DNA of 64,000 nucleotides from Tubulanus polymorphus (GCF_964204645.1 NC_134030.1:18684210-18748209), one strand, 5' to 3'; shown: positions 27,599 to 40,800, counted from the stretch's first letter. Translations and numbers: made by a program. Notes: generated by a model not told the origin, from the letters alone.

Positions 27599-28095
27599 CG
27601 CGATTTTCTCTGAAAGAGAAGATTTAAACATAAACATATCTTAATATGATTTTCGGCGTTTAGCCGTACCATTTAGCAAAATAATAGGAACTCATAATGA
27701 CTTAATGCCTTATTCACTTATCATAAGTTTGAAATTTGCTTATACGTTAAACGTTTCTACATTTACGTAATGAATGACTATGACTGAAGAGCTTGATGAT
27801 AAAAGTTCTTTTTCAGAATATTCGTATTCTATCCCGAATATTTTGATTTTTGAGCTTCAAAATCGATTGAATTTGCATAATTCAGTTGCAGATAAACCCC
27901 CCATTGTGCGTGGTGGGTTGTCAGCAGCATTGGGAAAACGTGAAACTATTCTTATCTGTGCTTATAGTCTAAGCTTTCAAATCAGTTTTAACCACAAACC
28001 TATGTATTTTTCGTGGCGATTTATTGAAATTCGTTTTAACTTTTTTTCACGAAAATTAATCGCCGCTGGGCGACTTAAAGACCTTATGCAGAATG

Positions 28096-28182
28096 TCTCT
28101 GTGAGTGTTACTGTGAGTGTTACTGTGAGTGTCTATGTGAGTGTTACTGTGAGTGCCAATGTGAGTGTTACTGTGAGTGGTC
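28096..28182. repeat. 12-bp tandem repeat (GTGAGTGTTACT)n
   Basis: About 7 imperfect copies seen directly. Confidence 0.9.
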
Positions 28183-28262
28183 TACTAATGAAATTTTCAA
28201 TTTTGATATTATCTACATATAATACAATGTATAATACTATAAGATGATTTAATATAATGTAA

Positions 28263-28945
28263 TTGGCCTGATCAATAAACTTAGTAACCCTAGTGTTCGC
28301 CTGTGTATTAAACGCAGTAACTCTAGTATTGGCCTGTTGAATAAACGTAGAAACCCTTGTGTTGGCCTGTTAATAAACGTAGCTACCCTAGTGTTCGCCT
28401 GTGTATTAAACGCAGTAACTCTAGTGTTGGCCTGGTGAATAAACGTAGAAACCCTTGTGTTGGCCTGTTAATAAACGTAGCTACCCTAGTGTTCGCCTGC
28501 TTAATTAACGTAATTACTCTAGTGTTGGCCTGTTGAATAAACTTAGAAACCCTTGTGTTGGCCTGTTAATAGACGTAGCTACCCTAGTGTTGGCCTGCTT
28601 AATTAACGTAATTACTCTAGCGTTGGCCTGGTGAATAAACGCAGAAACCCAAACCCTGGCCTGTTTGATAAACGTAGTTTATGAATGAACGTGCTGAATG
28701 AACGCAGTTACCCTAGTATTGGCCTAGTGAATGAATGTAGTTACCCTAGTGTTTGCCTGATGAATAAACGTAGTAATCCTAGTGTTGGCCTGTTTGATAA
28801 ACGTAGTTACCCTAATGTCGGCCTGTTTAATAAACGCAGTTACCCTAGTGTTGGCCTGTTTAATAAACGCAGTTACCCTAGTGTTGGTCTGATTAATAAA
28901 CGTAGTTACCCTAGTGATGGCCTGGTAGGTAAACGCAGTTACCCG
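28263..28945. repeat. 33-bp minisatellite (~20 units; CCCTAGTGTTGGCCTGTTTAATAAACGTAGTTA-like)
   Basis: Seen directly; gives 11-aa periodic ORFs (RSYPSVGLFNK); ~98-bp higher-order trimer in the first half. Confidence 0.93.
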
Positions 28946-29369
28946 TAAAACTAACTTCTCATTGAAAATTGACGAATTCAAGAACTTCACGAACCTATTT
29001 TCATATTGTTTCCTCTGATTTCGATAGATTTTATGCCCGTGGTGTAAAACTGGATTGTCTGGAACTCGAACCGAAAAACCGGTTAATTAGAGCCGCCAAC
29101 CACAAACCTATCCAGAACCAATTTTTGAAGGCCATTTTCATTTTTCAAAAGGTAAACCGTTAGTCAAAGTTTACGTATCAAATTAGAATAGGGTGATAAG
29201 TTTGTTTGCTTCTTTTTTGCCGAGTAACTTCTCGAATTGTAACAGGAAATATCAGTAAATGGAAGATGGCGTTTTCATACCAGAGGACGAGAGGACGACA
29301 CGTCACTCATCACCACAAGCAATTTTTTTCCCTAATGAATGGGAGACAGTGAGTTCCAAACAGAAAAAA

Positions 29370-31710
29370 GTGATGTTAAAGAAAATCAATATTATTGTCC
29401 TTATTGTAAAAAATACATTGATAAATCTAATAAATCTCGGCATGAAAAAACTGTAAATCATAAAAAAATGTTATAGATTTTGAGACACCAGAAAATTCCA
29501 ATGAAAGAAAAGAACAATTAGAAAATATGAAAAAAGATGAAATTAAATGTAATGTTTGTAATGAATTTATAGCAAAAAGGAATTATAAAAGACATCTCGA
29601 ATCACAAAAACACCAAAAAATTTTAATATAAATGTTTTAGGAACATAATATTTTGATTATAAACCACAACAAGTAAAAAAAAAACAGTTTCAAACACTAA
29701 ATCTATTTCAAATAAACCTTATATGGAAAATGTTAGAAATTATATCGATTCGCTAGAAATAAAAGATACAATTGAAATTTTAGAAACATTACGTAGTAAA
29801 ATTGGTCCTTTAGCTATTATATTTAGATTTTTTAAAGGTGCAACAATAGAAGATTATAATAAATATATTGAAATTTTTATAAAATCAGAAGCAAAAATGG
29901 ATTATAATATTCAAACACATTCTGAAGATATAATTTCAAAAACACAAATAAAAGAGAAATTAGAAAAAAATATTTAATGAATTTAAACGTCATATTGAAG
30001 AAAGATATTTTGAGGGTTCTGGTTTAACATTGCATGAAATTATATTTTTAGATTTTAATATTTATAATACAAAAAGGAATAAAGCATCAAAAAGTAATAC
30101 AATGTTTAAAAATGATTCAAACTTTACAGCAGAAAAGGATATTAAAGGGCACATGCCCACTAAATAGAATATCATATAAAAGTCATTCTTTAAAGTAATA
30201 TATTCACAAATTATAAATATGCTACTGATTTTAATTTTAGTTTAGCCTTCTCTGAGAAATAAGACTTTTAAATCGGCAATTTCAGCACGTGCTCACTGTT
30301 ATTGTTTATGTGTGCAGGTGCGTGTTTCTGACGTCATATTTGTTGAACGCTAACTGTTTCTAGTCATTTCACTGGACATTTCAAAGGTCATTTTATCCTC
30401 TCGGAAGATTTTTAGAATAAATGAATTCTAAACTATTGTATATGTTGGTGCCATTATATATGACATAATAAATATATATTAGTGGGTGTATTATATAGCT
30501 GTGATTAAAGCAAACAAATGATGTTGATTTTATAGATTTTATATAGGCTACTGCGCACTGTGAGCACACACGTGCTTGGGTTTATAACAAAGATACCGTC
30601 AAAAATAGCGCCGACTGCGGAATGTAGGTGAACTACGTAAGTCAAGAATAATTAAACGTCTAATTAAGAGCTAATCTGTCATCTTCGTTCGATCAGTCAC
30701 ATCTCAGGTTGTTATTTGTATACAAAAGCAGCATTTGGTTTACTAGTCACGAAAAGTACAATTTATTGGGCATGTGCCCTTTAAAGCATGATCTTATGTT
30801 GAATTACCATTCACAACAAAAGCAGTAATAAATGTTCAAAATGAAGATAATAAATTTTCCTATGGTCACTTAATAGTTGTTTACACCCAACAGAAGATAA
30901 TACGCATAGTTTTAAAATAACAGATTATCGGAAATATGAAACATTTTATAAAATTGATTAATATTCAGTAAGTATAAAGATGATTCCTAAAATAGAAAAA
31001 GTTAATAATTTAAAAATAAATGTATTCGAATTAATGCAATTACCAGAGACAAAAGGTGAAAATGTTAAAGATTATACATTAGAAGCTTTATATTTAACAG
31101 AATATTATGATGATAAAAATGTTATACATTTATTATACTATAAAAAAGATGAAAATGAGCATTATATGTGGTTAAAACAAATAGATTTATTCTTTAGATT
31201 TTGAATCGTTAAATAAAGAATTAACTGATCAAGATAGATAAGTAATATACAACAAAAAGCAAATTTTAAAATCGATGGATAAAGGAAATGAACTAAATGG
31301 AGATACAATTTAAGACCCTCCAACTATACTTAAAATCAGATGTTATGATGTTGGCTGATATATTTGAAAAATTTAGAGAAGTTAATTTAAATAATTTGTT
31401 GATCCTTGTTATTGTTATTCAAGTCCTGGTTTTACCGACTAAAGAATTGAAAAACGACAATCATATCATTTTAATTTTGAGAATAAAAAAATTATTTATA
31501 ATGAAAATGCATCAAATATTGGTATTCAATGTGAATTTGATAATAATTATTCTTATAAAGATATTGGTATTCAATGTGATTTAGAAAATGAATTTAGAAA
31601 ATTCAATCCTAATGAAAGAGTGTATTGTTATTGCGGAGGTAAATATTTAGAATCACATAAATCGAAGCATTATCAAACAATTAAACATATCAATTATGGA
31701 AAGAATAATA
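29370..31710 (+). pseudogene. Decayed Polinton/Maverick (adintovirus-like) protein-primed DNA polymerase B-type gene with zinc fingers
   Basis: Fragments in shifting frames: C2H2-like CNVCNEFIAKRNYKRHLESQKH, EGSG, SYVELP..KAVINVQNEDNK..LWSL..LHP, IPKIEKVNNLKINVFEL..HLLYY..HYMWLK, LYLKSDVMMLADIFEKFR, DPCYCYSSPG, YCYCGGKY..KHYQTIKH. Many stops, frameshifts and internal deletions. Confidence 0.7.
30146..30780. mobile_element. Non-autonomous TTAA-targeting DNA transposon (Kolobok-like), 635 bp
   Basis: TTAA|AGGGCACATGCCCA(C/A)TAAAT ... ATTTATTGGGCATGTGCCCT|TTAA; TSDs at 30142-30145 and 30781-30784. Confidence 0.85.
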
Positions 31711-31753
31711 ATTCGACAATGAGTTGCATAATTAAAATCAATTTCATCTTCTT

Positions 31754-32212
31754 TAAGGTTTATTTGAAATAGATTTAGTTTTTGAAACTGGTTTTTTTAC
31801 TTGTTGAGGTTTATCATCAAAATATTCTGTTCCTAAAATATTTTTATTTAAATTTTGTTGGTGTTTTTGTGATTCGAGATGTCTTTTATAATTCATTTTT
31901 GCTATAAATTCATTACAAACATTACATTTAATTTCATCTTTTTTCATATTTTCTAATTGTTCTTTCCTTTCATTGGAATTTTCTGGTGTCTCAAATCTAT
32001 AACTTTTTTTAATGATTTACAGTTTTTCCATGCCGAGATTTATTAGATTTTTCAATGTATTTTTTACAATATGGACAATAATATTGATTTTCATTAACAT
32101 CACTTTTTTCTGTTTGGAACTCACTGTCTCCCATTTATTAGGGAAAAAATTACTTGTGGTGATGAGTGACGTGTCGTCCTCTCGTCCTCTGGTATGAAAA
32201 CGCCATATTCCA
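31754..32212 (-). repeat. ~460-bp inverted copy of 29260..29721
   Basis: The reverse complement matches the zinc-finger-coding segment (e.g. ccagaggacgagaggacgacacgtcactcatcacc; KKDEIKCNVCNEFIAK). Confidence 0.9.
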
Positions 32213-35177
32213 ATTACTAATATCAAAATGTTAAAAAGAAATAATTCCAACATTAGTCATCCGGACGAAACAATGATCTAAAATGGGGGAGAATAGTTAA
32301 GATAGGCCTAAGCGAAAACTTAAGAATCGGAGCCGGTTTTCACGAACGCGTGAACTGCAGTGTATGAATCAGTGAATATCTTTGACCTTGGTGGATTTAT
32401 CAAACATGCAGAAAACTTGTGCACAGTATGTATGTACAGGTATAACAAGCCCTTTTTCTACTGTAACTGCCTCGAGGCATTTAATATATGTGCATTGCTG
32501 AGTTGACTGCAGGCAAGTTTTATTCATCCCTCGATCTCTCGGTTCAGAACTTAATGGTAGGGTGGCTCTTGAGGAATTTCTGACTCGACAACACAAATTT
32601 TCTGATTGGATGAGGTCGCACCCTGATCGGGCCAATAAACGATTCTGCGAAACTAAAGGAGTTCCGTTCATTGTATCGTGTTGACGCTGTTCGGTATGGA
32701 TCGACTGAGAGCGCTGTTTCTAGCGTCGCTGATCGTCTGGCGAGTTAACATCGCACACGCTGATCTGTCTGACTCTGTGACGATCAGTTCGTCTTGTAAC
32801 AACACTTGGTACCCCGTCGATTCTACGTCCGGTTACATCGTTTCACCGAATTACCCGTCGTTTACGCGCGATGTTGAATGTCGTTGGTTCGTGAACAGTT
32901 CCTTACCGGGAACTTTCAACATCAAACTATACTATGACATCGAGCCGTCAATATTCTGTAGTGATAACTACCTTCTCGTCGGTGAGTTCGATAACAGATT
33001 CTGCGGTGATGGAGAACATGAAATCCGCCGTAACGGTTTGATCTCGCTGTTGTTTAGGAGTAATATCGATGGTGCGCGAGGTAGTCGGGTTTATATCATA
33101 TATCGTTATGAACGAAGTCGATTGAAAGTCAGTCACATCTGTGGCGTGACATCTAATACTCTCAGATTAAAGAAAATTATTACATTGGAGGGATACAAAT
33201 ATTCTATAAGCCATCTAGAGAATTGTCGTTTGTTCCTGGAATGGATGGAGATGCCAGTTGGTTTCGCAATGAACCTGACTTTGGTCAAGATTAGTTTTGG
33301 AATGCATTTATCTGCTGATCCCGCGGGGACTGGTAAAATCTACGACGGATGGAACAGCAGCAGTGAACCTATAGCTCTCATACCAGTACAAACCGGTCAT
33401 CCAGCTTCATCATTCTATACTAAGACAAGTAAAACTATTATCTCTATGCTTGAATATAGACTGGATTTAAATTTTCAACTTTTGGTTCAGATGTATAAAA
33501 TATCTGATTGGAACGTCTCTAATCCGTTAATTCAAATCTCTAATAACGAGTCTCGAGTGCTCATTCCTGATGACAACAGTTTACACGTAATAACCCGATC
33601 GAAACACTTACACTGCTGGTCTATCACAGTGCAGGTGTTACAGTACGTCGTCTTCAACTGGACACGTGATCTCACCACATCCGGTGACGTCATTGGTGTA
33701 TATAAACTAGAAGGGTTACGCGTTGTAGGAACTGATATTTTACTCGGTTACAACTACCTGGAATCACTGAGTGTTAAATCTGACGGCTTTCTCGTCATAC
33801 TGTGCGTTTTGATGAGCGCTGATGTGATGATGTCGAAACTAGAAATATCCTACAAAATCAATTCACTAACAATAGGTAATTTAGACGTTGGGAAATCAGT
33901 GGTAAGTACTTCATCGTGATATCTGTATTGTCGGTATTTACTTCACGATATTAAACTGCGTTCAGCAATTATTTCTTTCGAAAAATTAAAATGATGATGA
34001 AATGTAGGATTATTTCACATCGATATGTATCCTGTGCACGTTTAGTTTTAATGAAATGCACCCATCCAAATTGTCGTTCATATGAATCTACTTTTTGAAA
34101 TTTACAACGAGCATATAACATCTTAAGTAGCGATGGAACATTCATATGATTTTGTTTGTTGTCACAGGTACGCGACCCGCAGGAATGTTTACAATCATTC
34201 AGGCTATTTCCGTTTGTAAAAAGAAAAACGTTGACGTATCGAGTGATCGAATATAGGTTGAAATGGCGAGTGGAAATATTGGAAAAACGATTTAAACTGG
34301 CTGTCTTATCGAGAAACTGCGAGCGAGCTGGATTTTATATATATGATGGTGGTAATTTTACAGCTAGACGCTATGGTCCGTATTGTCCTGGTGGTACCTA
34401 TGGTCGGCCCGTCGTCAAGTTGATTACATCAGGAGGATCGGTTACTGTAGTAGGATACGCCTACGACTGGGATAATCAGCTAACAGTCAAGACTAACAAA
34501 CTTTCATGTATCGCGCTTCACGCTACTGATTGTGACGGGCATGTGTTTAAGGACGGAGAAAATCAGCTCAAAACGACGTCAGACTGTATCGTGATTCTAC
34601 CCGAAAACCGACGCCTTCCTTTAAGAAATATTTACATATTATCAGACCGTGAATATCAAATTGATGGATGTGCTCCAGAATATTTGACGTTCGGCGCGTG
34701 CCGGTCCTATATGAATATCAGCAGTAGTTTTATTAAGGAAAATACCTCAACAAGAACTGTGTTAAACAAGGTATCATTTAATAGTCCTTATCCTTTTTTG
34801 AGTCCTGACCGATTTATCAAACTGAGACGAAAGTGCTATGGAACAAAAAAGGCCGGTTTTAGCCACGGGTATATCCCTCATGATGTGTGTGGACTTGTGC
34901 AATCGCCGAACTATCCCGGGCCTGCCGGAATTACTGTTCAAAGAATATTCTATGCAGTCAGTTATAGATATCATAAGGGAAAATTTCGTTATTACAAATT
35001 CGTAATCAAATACATTGAAATGATTGAATGCGTTAAACAATCCAAATACTCTAAAGATGCAGTGTCGTTCGTACAATACTTTAGTGATACCGAAACAAAA
35101 TTCCAACACGTTACTGAAACCGAACACAAACAAACAATCTGTGGACGACACGCAGGGCATATACTTTACAGTCTGAT

Positions 35178-37837
35178 CGGTTCCTGAACTTCGCTGAAAA
35201 AGCTGAAACACTGAAAAGCTGAAACGCTGAATTAAAAACGCTGAAATTTCAGGGAATTTCCGAAAAACGCCAAAATTTCAGGGAATTCCCGAAAAACGCT
35301 GAAATCGTGCTAGGTACCGACAATACACGTTTTGAAATTCTTTCCGGGCCGGTGTCCGCTTCCGAGTCCTGAACCGTCTTTTAGACTCTTCCTTCGGTTA
35401 CAGAGACATGCCTTGAGGTCGTCGTCATGTTCGACTTGATCGATTGCGGATTGCGTGGATTGTTAGATGTGTTTTTTGTTTTATGCGCATATACCGGTAC
35501 GATCTAATAATGAAATTATCACTTCATTTGAATAAATTCTTAATTACAGTAATATTAATTCTCAATATTTTTTCTTATATTTGGTGATTTCTTCCAACTT
35601 ATCATTGCCAAGTCTCATACAAAAGTAGTAGCTGAATGAAAGTACAGCTAGTAAGGCTGAACCTGATAACCCAAATTAAGTGCTATCATGGAACTTATGA
35701 CTACTTTGATTCTATTTTGGTGTGAATAAAGGTTCAACCGTCATAGTATACTGTACTTAGCATTACTACGATTGGGTGCCATATTTCTACAATCTCTTCA
35801 AGGAAGGAGTCTTGGAGTGTCTTTCGTTCCCGGGTGGGCATCCTCGCTTGCCAGGAGACCAGTATCGCTCCCAAACTCGCTTCCACCTGCCCCCTGGCCT
35901 CACGACGCGCGATTTCATTACCGGCGTTTTAGCGAATGACGTCATATATCAACACGCGACAATACTTCCGTTTTCGCTACGTGTTCGCTGATTGGTCCAT
36001 TTACCGGGAAATTCCATAGATGCCAAATGTCGTTTGTAACAAGCGCTGTGATTGGCCCGACCTGATTCTGGTCGGCTAGTGACGACTCGAGGTCAAACGG
36101 TTCGGAGAACAGCTTTAGTGTAGTGGGTTCGAATCCCTTGACAGGTGAAGATGCCGGGTAGGGTACGGGGTAAAACCTGGTTTACTTTCTCTGTCTACTT
36201 GCTGGAGACTACTATCTGCAATGTATTGCAAGTTTTTGATTTGTCTGGCTTATGAGAGTCGAACAACGTTTTCCCATACACAGGCTTGGCTTTAGTACTA
36301 GATGAAGGCTAGGCACTGCACATTGTGGATTGACTGGAACTCTAAACTCATAAAATTAAACGAGTCAACAAGAAAGATCCAATAATTTGACGTTTGTCTA
36401 ATTATATTATTTAACAGCTTAAAATAATACTTAACACATTCTACAAGAATACACAAAAGAAATCAGTTCTTACATTATATCAGAATCAATAGTTCGCTTA
36501 ACTCGGGCTTGAATTCTGGTTCCATTGCTTTATATTCTAATGAAATTCACTAGCATACCTTAGAATATTGCTTAGCTTAAGATAAAAAATTTGGTACCAG
36601 GAAAACGGGGAAGTAAAGTGGGTGTACTGTACATCCCCAATTGACTTATTTCTCTCTGGTTGAATCAAGTTATTACTGAAATAGCATTCGAATAGCCATT
36701 TTGTTTTTAAAAATTGTGTCGTTCAGCTATCCTGCTGCAAATTTCGCAGTTCAAGTTAACTAGTGCCATCTGATTTCTCAGTATCTCAAATTTGCACATT
36801 CTTAGCCCGAGTCTAAAAATAGAAAAAAAGTGCATTTAAAGTAGGAAATAAAAGAATAGTGGCTAACACACTCTGGAGATATAGCCTATGGGGTGGGCCT
36901 AGTTTGAAAGCACTGAGGTCCGAGGGAACAGCACTTACTAAATAAATACTGAAATCAAACTTACAAAACACCCAATACTTGAGATGATGTACTTGACAAG
37001 AAGTGTGTCCAGCTGAGCAAATCAACTTTGTCTATGACTCCTCCTTTTATAGATACCGTAGTAGTCTAAAAATAAGAATCGGTACATTTTTCTAACAGTT
37101 GGTATGTCATTTAAAAAAAAACAACCTATTATTAACACAGCAAATAAATTACAGTTGTTGAATGGTTTGCCCGATTTAGATTAATTGGTTGACGCTATAT
37201 AGTATGACCTATAAGTAGGGGCCTACTGCATGTCATTGGCGTCAATCCATTCCATTCCAAGGTGAATTAAAAAGAAATTTAGTTAGATCCCTTTTGTTCA
37301 AAAGCTGCATCATTTATATAACTAGCTGTCAAATTTAATTTACCTCCTTCATAGAATACCATAGTCCGTCGCCCATCAACGTGTTGACAAAAGAAAAGTT
37401 GCTTATAATCCTGTTTTATACATGAACGATAGAAGTAAACCATATTCTTGGAATATTGAGCATAGTGTTTAAGTTGGCTTGCACGGTTTGTGAATGGGTT
37501 TTCCTCATCATGCTGCCTGTATGCATTAAAAATCCGGATTTCAAGCGAATTAATTTGTTCAACAAGTTGCCCTCTAGAAGTATACTCCACACATACTGCC
37601 CATGCATGTCTCTGTAACCGAAGGTGGAGACTAAAAGACGGTTCAGGACTCGGCAGCGGACACCGGCCCGGAAATTATTTCAAAACTTGTATTGTCGGTA
37701 CCTAGCACGATTTCAGCGTTTTTCGGAAATTCCCTGAAATTTCGGCGTTTTTCGGAAATTCCCTGAAATTTCAGCGTTTTTATTTCAGCGATTCAGCGTT
37801 TCAGTGTTTCAGCTTTTTCAGCGAAGTTCAGGAACCG
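35178..37837. mobile_element. Non-autonomous DNA transposon, 2,660 bp, ~234-bp TIRs, 9-bp TSD (Mutator/MULE-like)
   Basis: TSD CAGTCTGAT at 35169-35177 and 37838-37846; TIRs 35178..~35411 and ~37604..37837 begin CGGTTCCTGAACTTCGCTG and contain internal gctgaaa repeats; the other copies show the empty site tttacagtctgatggc. Confidence 0.92.
37279..37590 (-). CDS. 103-aa ORF of unknown function just inside the right TIR of the transposon
   Basis: ATG-initiated ORF starting ~14 nt inside the TIR boundary; no recognised motif. Confidence 0.25.
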   Translation of the reverse strand: MEYTSRGQLVEQINSLEIRIFNAYRQHDEENPFTNRASQLKHYAQYSKNMVYFYRSCIKQDYKQLFFCQHVDGRRTMVFYEGGKLNLTASYINDAAFEQKGSN

Positions 37838-40800
37838 CAGTCTGATGGCTTCTAGACATGAGTTCCAAGTGGCCGACAGAATCCCAACATTTCGGATACA
37901 ATACATTCTACAAGAATCATTCCCAATAAAAGACCACGAGAATAAGTGTGAGGCGGGATTTCTATATTCGGGAATTTCATGCGTGAAATACATCACAGAT
38001 GAACGATTGAATTGGGAGAATGCTGAATTGTACTGTAGACAGAAGTATGCGGGACATCTACTAAGTATCAACTCAGAACAGGAGATGAATTCCATTAAAA
38101 CGTTATTTGCTACAAAGCTTCTTTTAACTGCATATTCGAAGAGAGCACTCATTGTGTTGATTGGATTGAAAAAACAGGTAAATCTAATTTAAGTTGCATA
38201 AAGGTATTGATAACATTATCGGGAGTTGGGATCTCAGAAGAAGAAATTTACGGGGGAATTAACGGCCTCAAGTCTTAACGGTCAAGTTTAATTTCGGCAC
38301 TAACCGTTATAGCCAATGATTTAGTTCGTACTAGACATTACGCACATTACTTTACAATTCTCTTTTTAGCCTAAAACCAGTTTTTACACGTGGAATGACG
38401 GCAAACCGTTGAGTTACACAGAGTGGTATAAACCAATAAATAACGACACGATACCGGACGTACTTCAAGGGTTGATATCTTATGAAAGAAAACAACCGAC
38501 AAATGACGTGAATATGCCGTGTACAGCGATGATACTGAATAATCCACGAGGATCAGCGAACTGGGTTCGATTCCCGTGTCAAATAGAAGAGGTTCACGTG
38601 CGATTCTTTTGTGAATCAGAAAGAAATGATATCAATAAAAGTATGGCTGGGATAGAAAATGATTCAAAACATAATATGATATCCCAAATTAAACAAGGTA
38701 TTTTGAATAACAATACGCTGAATACAATGTGTGCAATAGGTTGGTTAGGTATAGATGGACAATGTTATCAGGTACTGACACGTTGGGAAAATAAGGAAAC
38801 TTTTGACGTGGTTAGTGCAAGAGAAATGTGCCGTGAGGTACGCGGGGAAATAGGTATAATACAGGACTTGACGCAAGCCAAGGAGATGATTTTCAGATTT
38901 CGTTATCAGCATCAATATGGCGCTATATTAACTTTGGATTCTAGCAAGCAGTGGATGATAATGAAGCCATTTGTTACCAGGGATGAAATTACTTACGATC
39001 AGTCGGTTAATTGGGTAATGATACCCTGGGAAAATGCAAAAGACAAAATCCATTCTGTTTTGTGTTCCTATAATGTAACTGATGAAGAGTTGGCTTCTTT
39101 AAGTGGTTGTAAATCGTGGCAGTTTAAATGTAACGATCAAAGATGTATCAGCGACCATCGCGTATGTGATACCATACACGACTGTCGACACGGCGAAGAT
39201 GAACTCAGTTGTACGGATATAAATTCATACAGTCAGTTTCAATGCTTTGATGGTGAGATTGTATCAATAAGTGGTTATTGTGATTTCATACAGGATTGTG
39301 TGGATGGTTCTGATGAGAATTCGTGTTTTCATCCCCCGTGTTTGTCCGAGGAATTTCGTTGCATCAGTGGTCAATGTGTCAGTGGGTCGAACAGATGTGA
39401 CGGAGTAGCTAATTGTAAAGACAACTCCGATGAAATTGAATGCACCTCTCAACTATGTCAGGGGTTCCTATGTATCAGTGGGGACTGTATCAGTTCTCAG
39501 TTGTATCAGGATGGAGTCGTGGATTGCACTGGAACTCTTGAGGAAGATGAATTAGTTACGAATCCTTATATTACAGTGAATCCTACGATATATTGCAATA
39601 TTGAACACCACTGTACGACTAACTTCACAAATCTCTGTAAAGAATCTAATGAACAAAGATGTTCTTTCGATTCTCCTCATTGCTATTCTAGACGTCACAG
39701 GTGTATTCTAGAACGAATGACAAATGGTTTCCCAGTTTGTAGAAACCTTGAGCACGTATTGAAATGTGAAGAATTTGTATGCCCAGTTGGTACAGTGAAA
39801 TGTCCAGCATCGTACTGTATACCTATCAGACAGGTGTGCGATGGTCGGTCAGATTGTCCTAATTCAGAAGACGAGCGAAACTGCGAGACTTTGTCATGTC
39901 CGGGAATGTTTAAATGTAGCCAGGAAAAGCGATGTATTCCACAGACTGAAGTTTGTGATGGTGTTGTGAATTGTAAACATACAACTGATGACGAGGCTTT
40001 CTGTAACGTCACGTGTCCTAAAGGTTGTGAATGTCAAGGGCATTCGATCAAATGCAACAATTCTCGGCTAACATATGTAAATGGAATTTTCCAAGCATCA
40101 ACGCGAATTTTAATTTTGTCAAATAACCAAATTGTCTTGGACGTCTTTACATTTTCCCAATACGTTTATCTCCACATGCTCAACCTCACCGCCAATGAAT
40201 TGTCTTACCTTTTACCAAACTCGTTCAAGAACCTGCATAACTTACATACATTTGACCTCACACACAATAACATAACATCATTATCCACAAATACATTTAC
40301 TGGTCTGTATAGTTTGAAAGAGTTATTCATAACTGAAAACCCACTACGTCGTTTAGAGGATGACACCTTCCAAGATTTAAAGTCACTTCAAGTTCTTGAT
40401 CTTCATGGACTTTCCTTGTTCGTGCTTGACAAATTCGTATTTAGAGGTCTATCTTCTCTACGATGGTTGAATATCAGTGGTAACAGAATACGTCGTATTT
40501 CACTATACGCATTTTTTGGATTAACTACACTTGAGACCCTCGATATAACCGATAATTACAAAGTCATTTCTGTAGATAGACAAGTTTTTGACAATGTAAC
40601 GACATTAGCATTTCTAACGTCTGATGCTTATAAATTTTGCTGCATGGCTCCGAATGTTGACCAGTGCCTTCCCGAAGCTGACCAATTTTCCTCCTGTTCA
40701 GATCTTATTGGGAATACAGCTCTCAGAGCTATCATCTGGGTCATCGCTTCATGTAGTTTCTTTGCTAACGGATTTGTCATTTCCCTTCGCATTCGAGCGA

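Noticed and set aside
27774-28247. 157-aa ORF with VSVT repeats
   Set aside because: Extended by the 12-bp tandem repeat; no other coding evidence.
28263-28945. CRISPR-like array, or 11-aa repeat proteins (ORFs 28685..28948 and 28724..28990)
   Set aside because: Head-to-tail degenerate units with no unique spacers and no cas genes; 32-bp units break the frame. It is a minisatellite.
36055-36150. tRNA gene at GGTTCGAATCC
   Set aside because: Only the B-box/T-arm is recognisable; no cloverleaf could be built. At most a SINE-like fragment inside the transposon.
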